DNA of 64,000 nt. Origin: Oscillospiraceae bacterium. GTDB taxonomy: Bacteria > Bacillota > Clostridia > Oscillospirales > JAAYXM01. The stretch's first letter is position 1. Each line of letters begins with the position of its first letter. A model generated the notes under the pieces. It was not told the DNA's origin, ran no database searches, and saw nothing but the letters and a program-made list of their open reading frames with translations. The stretch covers positions 13,850-77,849 of the forward strand of contig JAFQSU010000078.1 in NCBI GenBank assembly GCA_017409405.1. The letters run 5' to 3'. Positions 30,087 through 38,869 of the stretch are shown piece by piece. The position numbers and the translations under genes are program-made.

Positions 30087-30212
30087 TTACCCATTTACGG
30101 GTTGATATAATCGTAATATATAAAAAGACAATAATTACCCGAATACGGGTTGACTTACAGAGAAAATTGTTTTATAATTTTTATACCCGAATATGGGTAT
30201 TCGGGTATAAAA
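30087..30212 (+). promoter_or_regulatory. Three palindromic operator-like sites overlapping a consensus sigma-A promoter
   Basis: TACCCATTTACGGGT, TACCCGAATACGGGT, TACCCGAATATGGGT; TTGACT (30150)-17 nt-TATAAT (30173). Confidence 0.7.
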
Positions 30213-30216
30213 GTCC

Positions 30217-30405
30217 TTATTCTTTATCCAGTATGCCGAGTCTGAAGGCGTTATACTTCATGCGGTCAATGGTTTCACCGCACAAGCCCTCCTGCGTCAG
30301 ATTGATTTTTTCCCGTGAACAAACTCCGTCCTTATGATACACACAAAGGCAATTATGACAGTTTACAATCATCGCTTTTTCTTTACTTTGAAGTCCCATA
30401 CTCAT
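30217..30405 (-). CDS. Small Cys-rich protein (62 aa; DUF1540-like pattern)
   Basis: AAGGAG RBS then MSMGLQSKEKAMIVNCHNCLCVYHKDGVCSREKINL...GLC. Confidence 0.6.
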   Translation of the reverse strand: MSMGLQSKEKAMIVNCHNCLCVYHKDGVCSREKINLTQEGLCGETIDRMKYNAFRLGILDKE

Positions 30406-30423
30406 AACAGCTTGGCTCCTTAA

Positions 30424-30585
30424 ATAAAAAATGCATGACCTCTTGCGAAGCCATGCACGAAAAACGCAGTGACTTCGAATCGGTTCATTGTCGCCAAACA
30501 ATTACAACTTCATGCAGGCACGCCTGTAGAAGACAGAAGAAAACGAAGTGTGCGTTTTTTCACATTCTATTCTTCAATCTTTTAC
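30424..30585 (-). ncRNA. Candidate structured leader RNA/sRNA ending in an intrinsic terminator
   Basis: Closing stem, two internal hairpins and a GCAA-loop terminator plus U6; G-U pairs favour the minus strand; TATAAT at 30591-30596. Confidence 0.55.
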
Positions 30586-30679
30586 AGACAATTATACCTG
30601 CAAAAATACCAATTCAGGATATTATTAAGTTGTAATTATTTGGCACTATCATCTTAACACATAATTTCAGAAAATACAA

Positions 30680-30866
30680 GAGATTCTTCGACTGCGGACT
30701 TCGTCCTCCGCTCAGAATGACAAAAAAAGGGGGGGCGGACACTGCGTGACCAATGCTGTCATCCTGAGTGAAGCGAAGCGGAATCGAAGGATCCCCCACG
30801 GGTGAGGAACACACTCCGCCACGCCTCCTCTCACAAAAAAGGCTTCCCCTCAAAGGGAAGCCTTTT
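30680..30866. repeat. REPIN-like cluster: inverted family-A doublet plus a family-B hairpin
   Basis: GAGATTCTTCG..CTCAGAATGAC / GTCATCCTGAG..CGAAGGATC; GGCTTCCCCTCAAAGGGAAGCC; near-identical inverted copy at 51822-51932. Confidence 0.85.
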
Positions 30867-30872
30867 TACTTT

Positions 30873-32273
30873 TTATCCGAAAAAATACTCCTTTGTATTG
30901 GTGTAGCAAATGTCTCGCACCATTCTTCCGAGAAGCTCCATATCATTGGGTGCTTCGCCGTTTTCTGCCCACGTTCCTATGATGCTGCACACAATTCGTC
31001 TGAAATACTCATGCCTTGTGTAGCTTAAAAAGCTTCTGGAGTCTGTGAGCATACCTATAAACTTTGAGAAGAGCGTCATGCTTGCGCACGCCTTCATGTG
31101 TTTTTCCATTCCGTCGATATGGTCATTAAGCCACCACGCCGAGCCTATCTGAATCTTTCCTGCGATTCCGTGACCGTTAAAGCATGTTGCAAGAGCCATA
31201 AGTGCCTCGTTGTGCGCCGGGTTAAGGCTGTAAAGCACAGTTTTCGGGAGCTTATCCTCACGCTCAAGCATATCGAGCAGACTTATCACCGGCTCAACTA
31301 CGCTTACATCGCTCATTGTGTCAAAGCCCATATCAACACCGAGCTTTTCAAATGCCGCCGTGTTATTATCACGCAAAACGGCTATATGAAGCTGCATGAC
31401 AAGCTTATGCTCATAATACCTTTTTGCAAGGTGAACAAAAAGCGTTGAATAGAACACGTCAATCTGTTCTGCCGTCAGCTTTCTTCCCTCAAGCTTTGCA
31501 CGGAAAACAGCATCTGCGCACGCTTCGTCCGGCTCGCAGAACTTAACCATGTTCAATGAATGGTCAGCGCTTTTGCACCCTCTTGCAACAAAGAAGTCAA
31601 GTCTTTCATCAAGAGCACGCACAAGCTCGCTGTATGTATTTATCTCATACCCGACAACCGCCGAAAGCTTTTTAATGTAACCGCAAAACTCGGGGCGCCA
31701 GATATTGAGCGCACGCTCGGGACGGTAGGACGGAACAACCCTGACATCAAAGCTTTCGTCCTTTTCAATAATTTCGTGGTATGCAAGGTCGTCACAGGGG
31801 TCATCCGTCGTGCCTATGAGTTCAACATTTGAACGCCTGATAAGACCCCGTGCTCCGAATTCCGGCTTTTTGAGCAGCTCGTTGCATTTTTCCCATATTC
31901 TCTCCGCATTCTCGGGGCAGAGCAGGTCGTTTATTCCGAAATAACGTCGAAGCTCGAGATGCGTCCAGTGATACAGTGGGTTTCCGACGCAGTACGGCAT
32001 AACCTCTGCCCATTTCATAAACTTTTCCTTGTCCGTTGCATCGCCCGTTATGTACCTTTCGTCAACCCCGAAGCCGCGCATTATACGCCACTTGTAATGG
32101 TCACCGCCAAGCCATACCTCGGTAATGCTTGAATAGTGCTTATCCTCGGCGATTTCCCGTGGATTTAAGTGACAATGATAATCTATTATCGGAGTTTTTT
32201 CCGCAATGCCGTGATAAAGCTTTTTGGCAGTTTTATTCTTCAAAAGAAAGTCTTTGTCCATGAATTTGCGCAT
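30873..32273 (-). CDS. uxaC: Glucuronate (uronate) isomerase
   Basis: PIIDYHCHL, GDHYKWR, GNPLYHWTHLEL, TTDDP, GMLTDSRSFLSY.RHEYFRR. Confidence 0.97.
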   Translation of the reverse strand: MRKFMDKDFLLKNKTAKKLYHGIAEKTPIIDYHCHLNPREIAEDKHYSSITEVWLGGDHYKWRIMRGFGVDERYITGDATDKEKFMKWAEVMPYCVGNPLYHWTHLELRRYFGINDLLCPENAERIWEKCNELLKKPEFGARGLIRRSNVELIGTTDDPCDDLAYHEIIEKDESFDVRVVPSYRPERALNIWRPEFCGYIKKLSAVVGYEINTYSELVRALDERLDFFVARGCKSADHSLNMVKFCEPDEACADAVFRAKLEGRKLTAEQIDVFYSTLFVHLAKRYYEHKLVMQLHIAVLRDNNTAAFEKLGVDMGFDTMSDVSVVEPVISLLDMLEREDKLPKTVLYSLNPAHNEALMALATCFNGHGIAGKIQIGSAWWLNDHIDGMEKHMKACASMTLFSKFIGMLTDSRSFLSYTRHEYFRRIVCSIIGTWAENGEAPNDMELLGRMVRDICYTNTKEYFFG

Positions 32274-32410
32274 ATTTTATTCTCCTATCAATTTTGTACT
32301 ACAATAATATATCCACACCATTTCATTGTCAAGCTTTTTGCGAATATTTGATTTACTTTCGCCCTGTTATTTGCTATAATAAGGTATATCACCTGAAAGG
32401 AACTGTTAAA

Positions 32411-33097
32411 ATGGCAAACGGACACAGACAAAGACTTCGTGTACGTTTTCAGGAGGAAAACATTGACACAATTCCTGAATATATTGTCGCCGAAAGGATT
32501 CTCCACGGCGTTATTTCTCAGACCGATACCTGTGATACGGGTCGGTCGCTCATCAAAAACTTCGGAAGTCTTGCAAGCGCAATAGATGCGCCGCTATCTA
32601 AGCTCACAAAAATCCACGGTATCGGCAGGGTTTCTGCGAAATTTTTCAAGCTCATTCCCCTGTTCTACAAAAAATACATACTGAGCAAGGAAGCAAAAGC
32701 CCCTGTTTTTGCAGATTCATGTGATGTAGTCAATTTTCTGCTCGAAAGATTTCGCGACTGCAATGACGAAATCATCGTTCTTCTCTGTCTTGACCCTAAC
32801 GGCACATTGCTTAAATGCAAGCAGGTATGTGACGGGCCTCTGCTTGATTCGGACGACACTATCCGCTCCATTGTCGAGCTCGCCATAAACGTCAATGCGG
32901 TGCGTGTCATAACGGCAAGCAACCAGAAGGACGGATTTCCTTCCACCTTCAGAAACAGAACAGCCGTACGTACTCTGTATAACACTCTGGAGCTTTCGGG
33001 CATACACCTTGATGACCATTTCATCATTTCAGAGCGCGGATGTGAATCACTCTGCGAAAGAAGTATGATTCCCAAAATAGAATATTTGAAGCCGTGA
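32411..33097 (+). CDS. RadC-like protein (HhH plus degenerate JAB domain)
   Basis: GHRQRLR, FGSL, IHGIG, DHFII; HNHPSG motif absent. Confidence 0.8.
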   Translation: MANGHRQRLRVRFQEENIDTIPEYIVAERILHGVISQTDTCDTGRSLIKNFGSLASAIDAPLSKLTKIHGIGRVSAKFFKLIPLFYKKYILSKEAKAPVFADSCDVVNFLLERFRDCNDEIIVLLCLDPNGTLLKCKQVCDGPLLDSDDTIRSIVELAINVNAVRVITASNQKDGFPSTFRNRTAVRTLYNTLELSGIHLDDHFIISERGCESLCERSMIPKIEYLKP

Positions 33098-33124
33098 ACA
33101 GCAAAAGCCGTTCACGGTTTTTTG
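33090..33124 (+). terminator. Intrinsic terminator after the radC-like gene
   Basis: GCCGTGAAC...GTTCACGGT-TTTTT. Confidence 0.75.
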
Positions 33125-33189
33125 TAACCCAATCCTCTTTCGCCGCATAAGGTAAAAATGAGAACATACACATAAAGGAGCGATAGTAC

Positions 33190-33426
33190 ATGAACGGTAT
33201 ATGCCGTCTTTGTGATATGAACAGCGGAGAAACCGGGGAGATTGCGGAAATATCTCATTCCTGCAAAATTCGTCAGAGGCTTAGTGATTTGGGTTTTATA
33301 TGCGGTACAAAAATAGAATGTCTCACAAAGAGTCCGCTCGGAGACCCGACGGCGTTTCTTGTGCGCGGAACCGTAATTGCTCTGCGCCGTGAGGACTCCC
33401 GATTCGTAAAGGTTCGGGTGATTTAA
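33190..33426 (+). CDS. feoA: Ferrous iron transport protein A
   Basis: RQRLSDLG, SPLGDP, VRGTVIALR. Confidence 0.93.
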   Translation: MNGICRLCDMNSGETGEIAEISHSCKIRQRLSDLGFICGTKIECLTKSPLGDPTAFLVRGTVIALRREDSRFVKVRVI

Positions 33427-33427
33427 T

Positions 33428-35329
33428 ATGGGACTTACAAGAAGCTCGGTTGGTAAAAACGCGCAGGACTCAAGGCTTTCGATACACAGGAAACGCCCCG
33501 ATGACCTTGTTGTGGCTCTCGCCGGAAATCCAAACGTCGGAAAAACCACTGTGTTCAACGCACTTACAGGAATGCGCCAGCATACCGGTAACTGGCCCGG
33601 CAAAACCGTCACCAATGCGCAAGGGTACTGTGAGTATGACGGTCGGGGATTTGTACTTGTCGATATCCCGGGTACATACTCCCTCTCGGCACGCTCTGCA
33701 GAAGAAGAGGTTGCCCGTGATTTTCTGTGCTCCGACACTCCCGATGCAGTTGTTGTCGTCTGCGACGCAACATGTCTTGAGCGAAATCTCATACTTGTTC
33801 TGCAAACACTCCAAATTACAAAGCGCGCTGTAGTGTGCGTAAATCTTATGGATGAGGCAAAAAAGCGCGGCATTGAGCTTGATCTTGAAGCACTGAGAAG
33901 TGAGCTTGGTGTCCCGGTTGTCTGCACTGAAGCACGCCGCAAAAAAGGGCTTTCAGACTTGCTTTCAAAAATCAAGGAGGTTGCATCCCTGCCGCCTGAA
34001 AATAACAGCTTTCCATCTTTCGTTTCTTCGGAGGAGATAGTCGCAGAGGCAGAAAGAATATATAATATGTGTGTCAAAACCTCCGATTGCGGATACACCG
34101 AAAAGGCACGGAAATTTGACAGACTTCTCACAAGCCGAATCACAGGCTTTCCGATTATGCTGGTCATGCTTGCAATTATATTCTGGATAACCATAGAGGG
34201 TGCCAACCTGCCGTCGTCCTTGCTTTCTCAATTTTTATTCCGTCTTGAGATGCCTCTGTATGATTTTCTTGTTGCAGTAAATTTACCTCACGCACTCTCG
34301 GAAGCCATTACTTTCGGGATATACCGTGTTCTTGCATGGGTCGTATCCGTGATGCTTCCCCCTATGGCAATCTTTTTCCCGTTGTTTACTTTACTTGAAG
34401 ACCTCGGATTTCTGCCGAGAATCGCATTTAATCTCGACCGTATATTCAAAAAATGCAATGCATGCGGAAAACAAAGCCTTACCATGTGTATGGGCTTTGG
34501 ATGTAATGCCGCCGGTGTTGTGGGTTGCAGAATTATAGACTCTCCGAGAGAACGACTGATTGCAATTATAACAAACAGCCTTGTTCCGTGTAACGGAAGG
34601 TTTCCGGCACTGATAACGCTTATTACAATATTTTTCATCGGAGCAGGAGGCGGCATATCAAGCTCAATAACCTCTGCCGCACTTCTTACCCTTCTGATAT
34701 TGCTTGGAATTCTCGCAACCTTTGCGGCCTCACGGCTTTTGTCATCAACTATTCTGCGAGGGCTGCCGTCCTCCTTTGCGCTTGAGCTTCCGCCGTACCG
34801 CCGTCCGCAGATAGGCAAGGTGATTGTCCGCTCGGTCTTTGACCGCACGCTCTTTGTACTCGGTCGTGCAGTTTCCGTCGCCGCCCCTGCCGGACTCATA
34901 ATATGGATTATGGCAAATATCACATACGACGGACAGACACTTCTCGCCATATCATCCTCCGCCCTTGACCCTATAGCCCGTGTAATGGGGCTTGACGGAG
35001 TTATTCTCATGGCGTTTATTCTCGGCTTCCCTGCTAATGAAATTGTGATTCCGATTATAATCATGGCGTATACTGCAGGGGGCGCACTTACGGAGATGAA
35101 CGATATAAGCTCACTTTCTGCCCTGCTCATTCAAAATGGGTGGACGTGGATGACAGCAGTCAGCACCATGCTCTTTTCGCTGATGCATTGGCCCTGCTCG
35201 ACAACTCTCATGACAATAAAAAAAGAAACTCAAAGTCTGAAGTGGACAGCTGTTGCTTTTCTCACCCCGACGGTAATGGGAATCGCCGCATGCATAATAT
35301 TCAATCTCATTTTAAAACTCTTCATATAA
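33428..35329 (+). CDS. feoB: Ferrous iron transport protein B
   Basis: GNPNVGKT, GNWPGKTV, DIPGTYSL, LEDLG..PR, GFGCN, ELPPYR.P. Confidence 0.95.
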   Translation: MGLTRSSVGKNAQDSRLSIHRKRPDDLVVALAGNPNVGKTTVFNALTGMRQHTGNWPGKTVTNAQGYCEYDGRGFVLVDIPGTYSLSARSAEEEVARDFLCSDTPDAVVVVCDATCLERNLILVLQTLQITKRAVVCVNLMDEAKKRGIELDLEALRSELGVPVVCTEARRKKGLSDLLSKIKEVASLPPENNSFPSFVSSEEIVAEAERIYNMCVKTSDCGYTEKARKFDRLLTSRITGFPIMLVMLAIIFWITIEGANLPSSLLSQFLFRLEMPLYDFLVAVNLPHALSEAITFGIYRVLAWVVSVMLPPMAIFFPLFTLLEDLGFLPRIAFNLDRIFKKCNACGKQSLTMCMGFGCNAAGVVGCRIIDSPRERLIAIITNSLVPCNGRFPALITLITIFFIGAGGGISSSITSAALLTLLILLGILATFAASRLLSSTILRGLPSSFALELPPYRRPQIGKVIVRSVFDRTLFVLGRAVSVAAPAGLIIWIMANITYDGQTLLAISSSALDPIARVMGLDGVILMAFILGFPANEIVIPIIIMAYTAGGALTEMNDISSLSALLIQNGWTWMTAVSTMLFSLMHWPCSTTLMTIKKETQSLKWTAVAFLTPTVMGIAACIIFNLILKLFI

Positions 35330-35369
35330 AACACGCCGTGACGGAAATTTCCGTCACGGCGTGTTTTAT
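35326..35369. terminator. Bidirectional terminator (44-bp perfect palindrome)
   Basis: ATAAAACACGCCGTGACGGAAA|TTTCCGTCACGGCGTGTTTTAT between convergent genes. Confidence 0.85.
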
Positions 35370-36517
35370 TCAACCCCGTTATTCTTTAAAATTTCTTCCA
35401 TCTGGCGGACACGGGCATCCCATGAACAAGACCGTGCATGCTCTATCCTAAGCTCGGTTTTTGAGCTGTCGGGTTCAACCATTGCCTCTTCGCACTTCTC
35501 AAGAAATTCTTCTGCCCCGTGAGCTATATATACGGAATCCGAATATATGAGCACCTGTTCGGGCTGAGGAGTGCTGACAACAGGCTTTCCCGTTGCAAGG
35601 TATTCATAGAACTTAAGCGGACTTACATCACGCGAAAGGTTTCCGTCCCTGAATACGTTAAGGCACACGTCAAAGCATTTGATATATGCCGGAAGGTCAT
35701 CATACTTCTTCATGCCGAGGAAGTGAATATTGGGATATTGCTTGAGATAATCAAGATTTACCCCCGGCAGAGGCTTTCCTATCAGCACAACGGACCAGTC
35801 GGGGCGCATCTTTGCTATATGCTCTATCTTGTCATAGTCGATACATTCCTGAAGCATGCCGACAAATCCGACTATCGGATGCTTTATGTCTTTGATATCG
35901 TCGGGAGCTTCAAACTGTTCGTTTGCCGCGCGGTTGAAATGCTCAAAATTGACACCGTTGGGAAGCATTACCGCATTTTTGTTGTACGCGGAAAGCGTAT
36001 CGTAAAGACCTGCCGCCGTCGCAAAAACGGTGTTTGCCTGCTCTGCAAGATTTTTTTCGAGGGTGTTTACAACTTCTTCGTTTATAAAACCCTTATATGC
36101 GCTGTGTCTGTCCACACAGTCGTACACAAGTGCGCTGTGAGGTATGTACGGCGCGGCATCTGCCGATGTCGGAGAATAGCACCACAGTATCGGATTTTCA
36201 AAGCCGTGAAGCTTCATTTTTTTGCGGACGAACCGCGCGAGCCTCTTCTGATTTATCTTATTTATGAGTCTGTTCTTGTTAAAGAACGGAAGAACGGGAG
36301 GCGTTGCATACACCGTAATGTTGTCACGGACATGCTCACCGGGCTTTCTGTACATAAAAAGTCTTTTCCACGCATTTTTATCCTTGAGCGGTGCGATATA
36401 TGTCACCGGCGGATCAAAATAAAGGATTTCGTCTGCGGATATTCTGTTCATAACGTGCTGTTTGCGTGTCGGGAACGGGTGGTAACAGCTGGTTGAAAGA
36501 CATACTATCTTATTCAT
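35366..36517 (-). CDS. GT4-like glycosyltransferase (TuaH-like)
   Basis: YDCVD, PNGV, PLKFYEYLATGKPVVS, SWDAR. Confidence 0.88.
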   Translation of the reverse strand: MNKIVCLSTSCYHPFPTRKQHVMNRISADEILYFDPPVTYIAPLKDKNAWKRLFMYRKPGEHVRDNITVYATPPVLPFFNKNRLINKINQKRLARFVRKKMKLHGFENPILWCYSPTSADAAPYIPHSALVYDCVDRHSAYKGFINEEVVNTLEKNLAEQANTVFATAAGLYDTLSAYNKNAVMLPNGVNFEHFNRAANEQFEAPDDIKDIKHPIVGFVGMLQECIDYDKIEHIAKMRPDWSVVLIGKPLPGVNLDYLKQYPNIHFLGMKKYDDLPAYIKCFDVCLNVFRDGNLSRDVSPLKFYEYLATGKPVVSTPQPEQVLIYSDSVYIAHGAEEFLEKCEEAMVEPDSSKTELRIEHARSCSWDARVRQMEEILKNNGVE

Positions 36518-36534
36518 GGTTTTCCTTCTTTCTC

Positions 36535-38754
36535 TTAATCAAAAAAGCTACGAAGCTGATTCATGTTTTCCTTTTCGTTTTCGCGCATTTCAATGCAGGC
36601 ACGCTTCATACTCTCGCCATATTCGCCGTCGCTCATGGTTCTGTCTATAAAACCGCAGAGAGCATCCGCCGTGCAATCATCATACAGAACGCACATTTCT
36701 CTTCCTATATAATTCATAAACCCCGTGACCTTGTGGTCATAAGCTATGCCTATTGTGGCAACTCCCTGCCCTGCACCGAAAACAAGCGCGTGCAGTCGCA
36801 TTGCCATAATGACACGCATTTTTGCGAGGATTCCTATTACGGTATGAACGTCATATTCTCTGCGGATAATAACACACTGCGCCGAAATTGCATCGCTGAC
36901 ACGCTCCGCTATCGCAAGGTCCTTTTTTCTTTCCATCGGAATCAGCGTTATTTTCAGCCCGTACTTTTCAGCCGCATAATCTGCCGCCCTTGCAATGTGC
37001 TCTATCTTTTTATCAATGTCCTTCCAGTTTCTTATCGCGAGACACAGATAATCGGAATCCGCATCTATCCCCTCTGCCGCAAGAGCATCTGAAACCTCTC
37101 TGTCCTTTGCCGGAGTTATTCCGAGGGTGGGGTCAGCCGCAAGGCGCATGTTCGGTTTCTTTACTCCCATCGAAAGAAGCTCATTGTATGAATCCGGATC
37201 ACGCAGGGTAATGCAGTCCGCAGTTTTATCAATGATCCGTGCCGCAAGCCTTCTGTTTATCTTCCGTCTTACGGGACCTATTCCGCAGCCGTACATCATG
37301 ACTTTACAGCCGCACATACGGGCAGCAAGAAGCGTAAACAGATAAAAATACAATGACCGGCTTGACGTCGAATCCTGAATAAGGCTTCCGCCGCCGTTAA
37401 TATACAGATGCGAGCGTGCAAGCTCACGAAACATTCCGAAAACATTGAATGTGTATATTGAACGTACACGGTAACGAAGCTTTGTCTGTTCTGGATTTTT
37501 TGACATAACGCAAATCTTTGTGTCGTCACAAACCTCGGTGATTTCACGGATAACAGCCTTCAGTATGGCATCATCGCCTGCATTGCCGCGACCGTAAGAG
37601 CCGCAGACGACCACACGTTTTTTCTTATCCGATGCGCCTTCGCACATTTTAAGTACCTTGCCGTAAATATCAAGCTGTGTGGAAACCATTGCGTCAAAGG
37701 AATACTTTTCGCTTGACTTTTCAAACAAGCGCTCTGCCATCTGACGGCGTGCATCAGGATTTTCGTAAAGATAGCGCAAATGCCCTGCAAGTGCGGAAAC
37801 GTCCCCTACATCAAACAGCAGACCGTCAACTCCGTCATCTATTATCTCCGGCATTGCACCAACCGCGGTTGAGACCATGGTGCATTTTGCTCTTGCAGAC
37901 TCAAGAATGCTGTACGGAAAACCTTCACTGACAGATGAAATCACACTTATATCAACAGCGCCGAGGAAGGAATCCATATCGTCTATCCAGCCTGCAAACA
38001 CCACACGGTCTCCTATGCCAAGCTCTGCAACAAGCTCACGGAGCATTTCCGCCTGCTCACCGTCTCCGCCGAGGACGAGATACATCTCGGGACAGACCTT
38101 TGCGATTTGCGCCACTGCGCGGACTGCCGTGGCTATATCCTTTACCGGATGAAAACGGGCGGCAATGCCACATACAACAGTGTTCTCTGTAGATTTTATG
38201 CCAAGACGGGACAAATACTCTTCGCGGGAAATGCGAGGTGTTATGTCCAGGTCAAAATCGATTCCGTTGTTTAATGTGAAAAGCTTGTACGGGTCAAAGC
38301 CTCGCTCTGTAAGAAGCTCGGAAAATGCGCGTGTAACCCCGATATAACCGTCAAGAAAGCGAAGTGCGACGGTATTGAGAAGTCCGTTTGTGAGAGCCTT
38401 TAAGATGCTTCCCATATAATCGAGCCGATAATCGCTGTGGACAGTAGTTATAACAGGGACCTTTACAAATCGTTTTATTGCCGATGCCATTACGTTTGCC
38501 TTTGCACCGTGGCAATGAACAATATCATACCCGTCACACAAAATTTCTTTAATTTCAAGAAGGTCCTTTAACGGATTTCTGTTATGCACAACACGGGTGT
38601 TTATTCCCATTTTTCTGGCATCGTCGGCGAATTCTCCTTCACGGAGACTGACAAGCAACACCTCGTTGCTCTCGGAAAGCTTGGAAACAAGCGAAAGCAC
38701 GTGCGTTTTTGCGCCGCCGACATCTCCGCCGCCTATCATGTGAACAATTTTCAT
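36535..38754 (-). CDS. csaB: Fusion of a GT4 glycosyltransferase and polysaccharide pyruvyl transferase CsaB
   Basis: N-terminal GGDVGGAKTH...EGFPYSILE; C-terminal GSYGRGNAGDDAIL, GGGSLIQDSTS.RSLYFY, MRLHALV; ATG at 38754 after AGGAG. Confidence 0.9.
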   Translation of the reverse strand: MKIVHMIGGGDVGGAKTHVLSLVSKLSESNEVLLVSLREGEFADDARKMGINTRVVHNRNPLKDLLEIKEILCDGYDIVHCHGAKANVMASAIKRFVKVPVITTVHSDYRLDYMGSILKALTNGLLNTVALRFLDGYIGVTRAFSELLTERGFDPYKLFTLNNGIDFDLDITPRISREEYLSRLGIKSTENTVVCGIAARFHPVKDIATAVRAVAQIAKVCPEMYLVLGGDGEQAEMLRELVAELGIGDRVVFAGWIDDMDSFLGAVDISVISSVSEGFPYSILESARAKCTMVSTAVGAMPEIIDDGVDGLLFDVGDVSALAGHLRYLYENPDARRQMAERLFEKSSEKYSFDAMVSTQLDIYGKVLKMCEGASDKKKRVVVCGSYGRGNAGDDAILKAVIREITEVCDDTKICVMSKNPEQTKLRYRVRSIYTFNVFGMFRELARSHLYINGGGSLIQDSTSSRSLYFYLFTLLAARMCGCKVMMYGCGIGPVRRKINRRLAARIIDKTADCITLRDPDSYNELLSMGVKKPNMRLAADPTLGITPAKDREVSDALAAEGIDADSDYLCLAIRNWKDIDKKIEHIARAADYAAEKYGLKITLIPMERKKDLAIAERVSDAISAQCVIIRREYDVHTVIGILAKMRVIMAMRLHALVFGAGQGVATIGIAYDHKVTGFMNYIGREMCVLYDDCTADALCGFIDRTMSDGEYGESMKRACIEMRENEKENMNQLRSFFD

Positions 38755-38869
38755 ATTTACTCCTGATGCAAAAATTTTTAGCAAAAAACAGTTGTTATAT
38801 TTTTACACATATTATATAATAGAATAAGTAATCGGTCAAGCATACATACAACGAAAGGAATTTAAAACC

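Noticed and set aside
30087-30212. Mini CRISPR array (three similar palindromes at 48-bp period)
   Set aside because: The repeats are only ~15 bp and imperfect, there are no cas genes, and they overlap a promoter beside an XRE gene; operators are the simpler explanation.
32340-32356. LexA (Cheo) box upstream of the radC-like gene
   Set aside because: CGAATATTTGATT deviates too far from GAAC-N4-GTTC to support.
33155-33176. Fur box upstream of feoA
   Set aside because: AATGAGAACATACAC matches only part of one half-site.
35326-35369. 44-bp perfect palindrome as a mobile element or recombination site
   Set aside because: It sits exactly between convergent stop codons with A/T tails on both sides, as expected for a bidirectional terminator.
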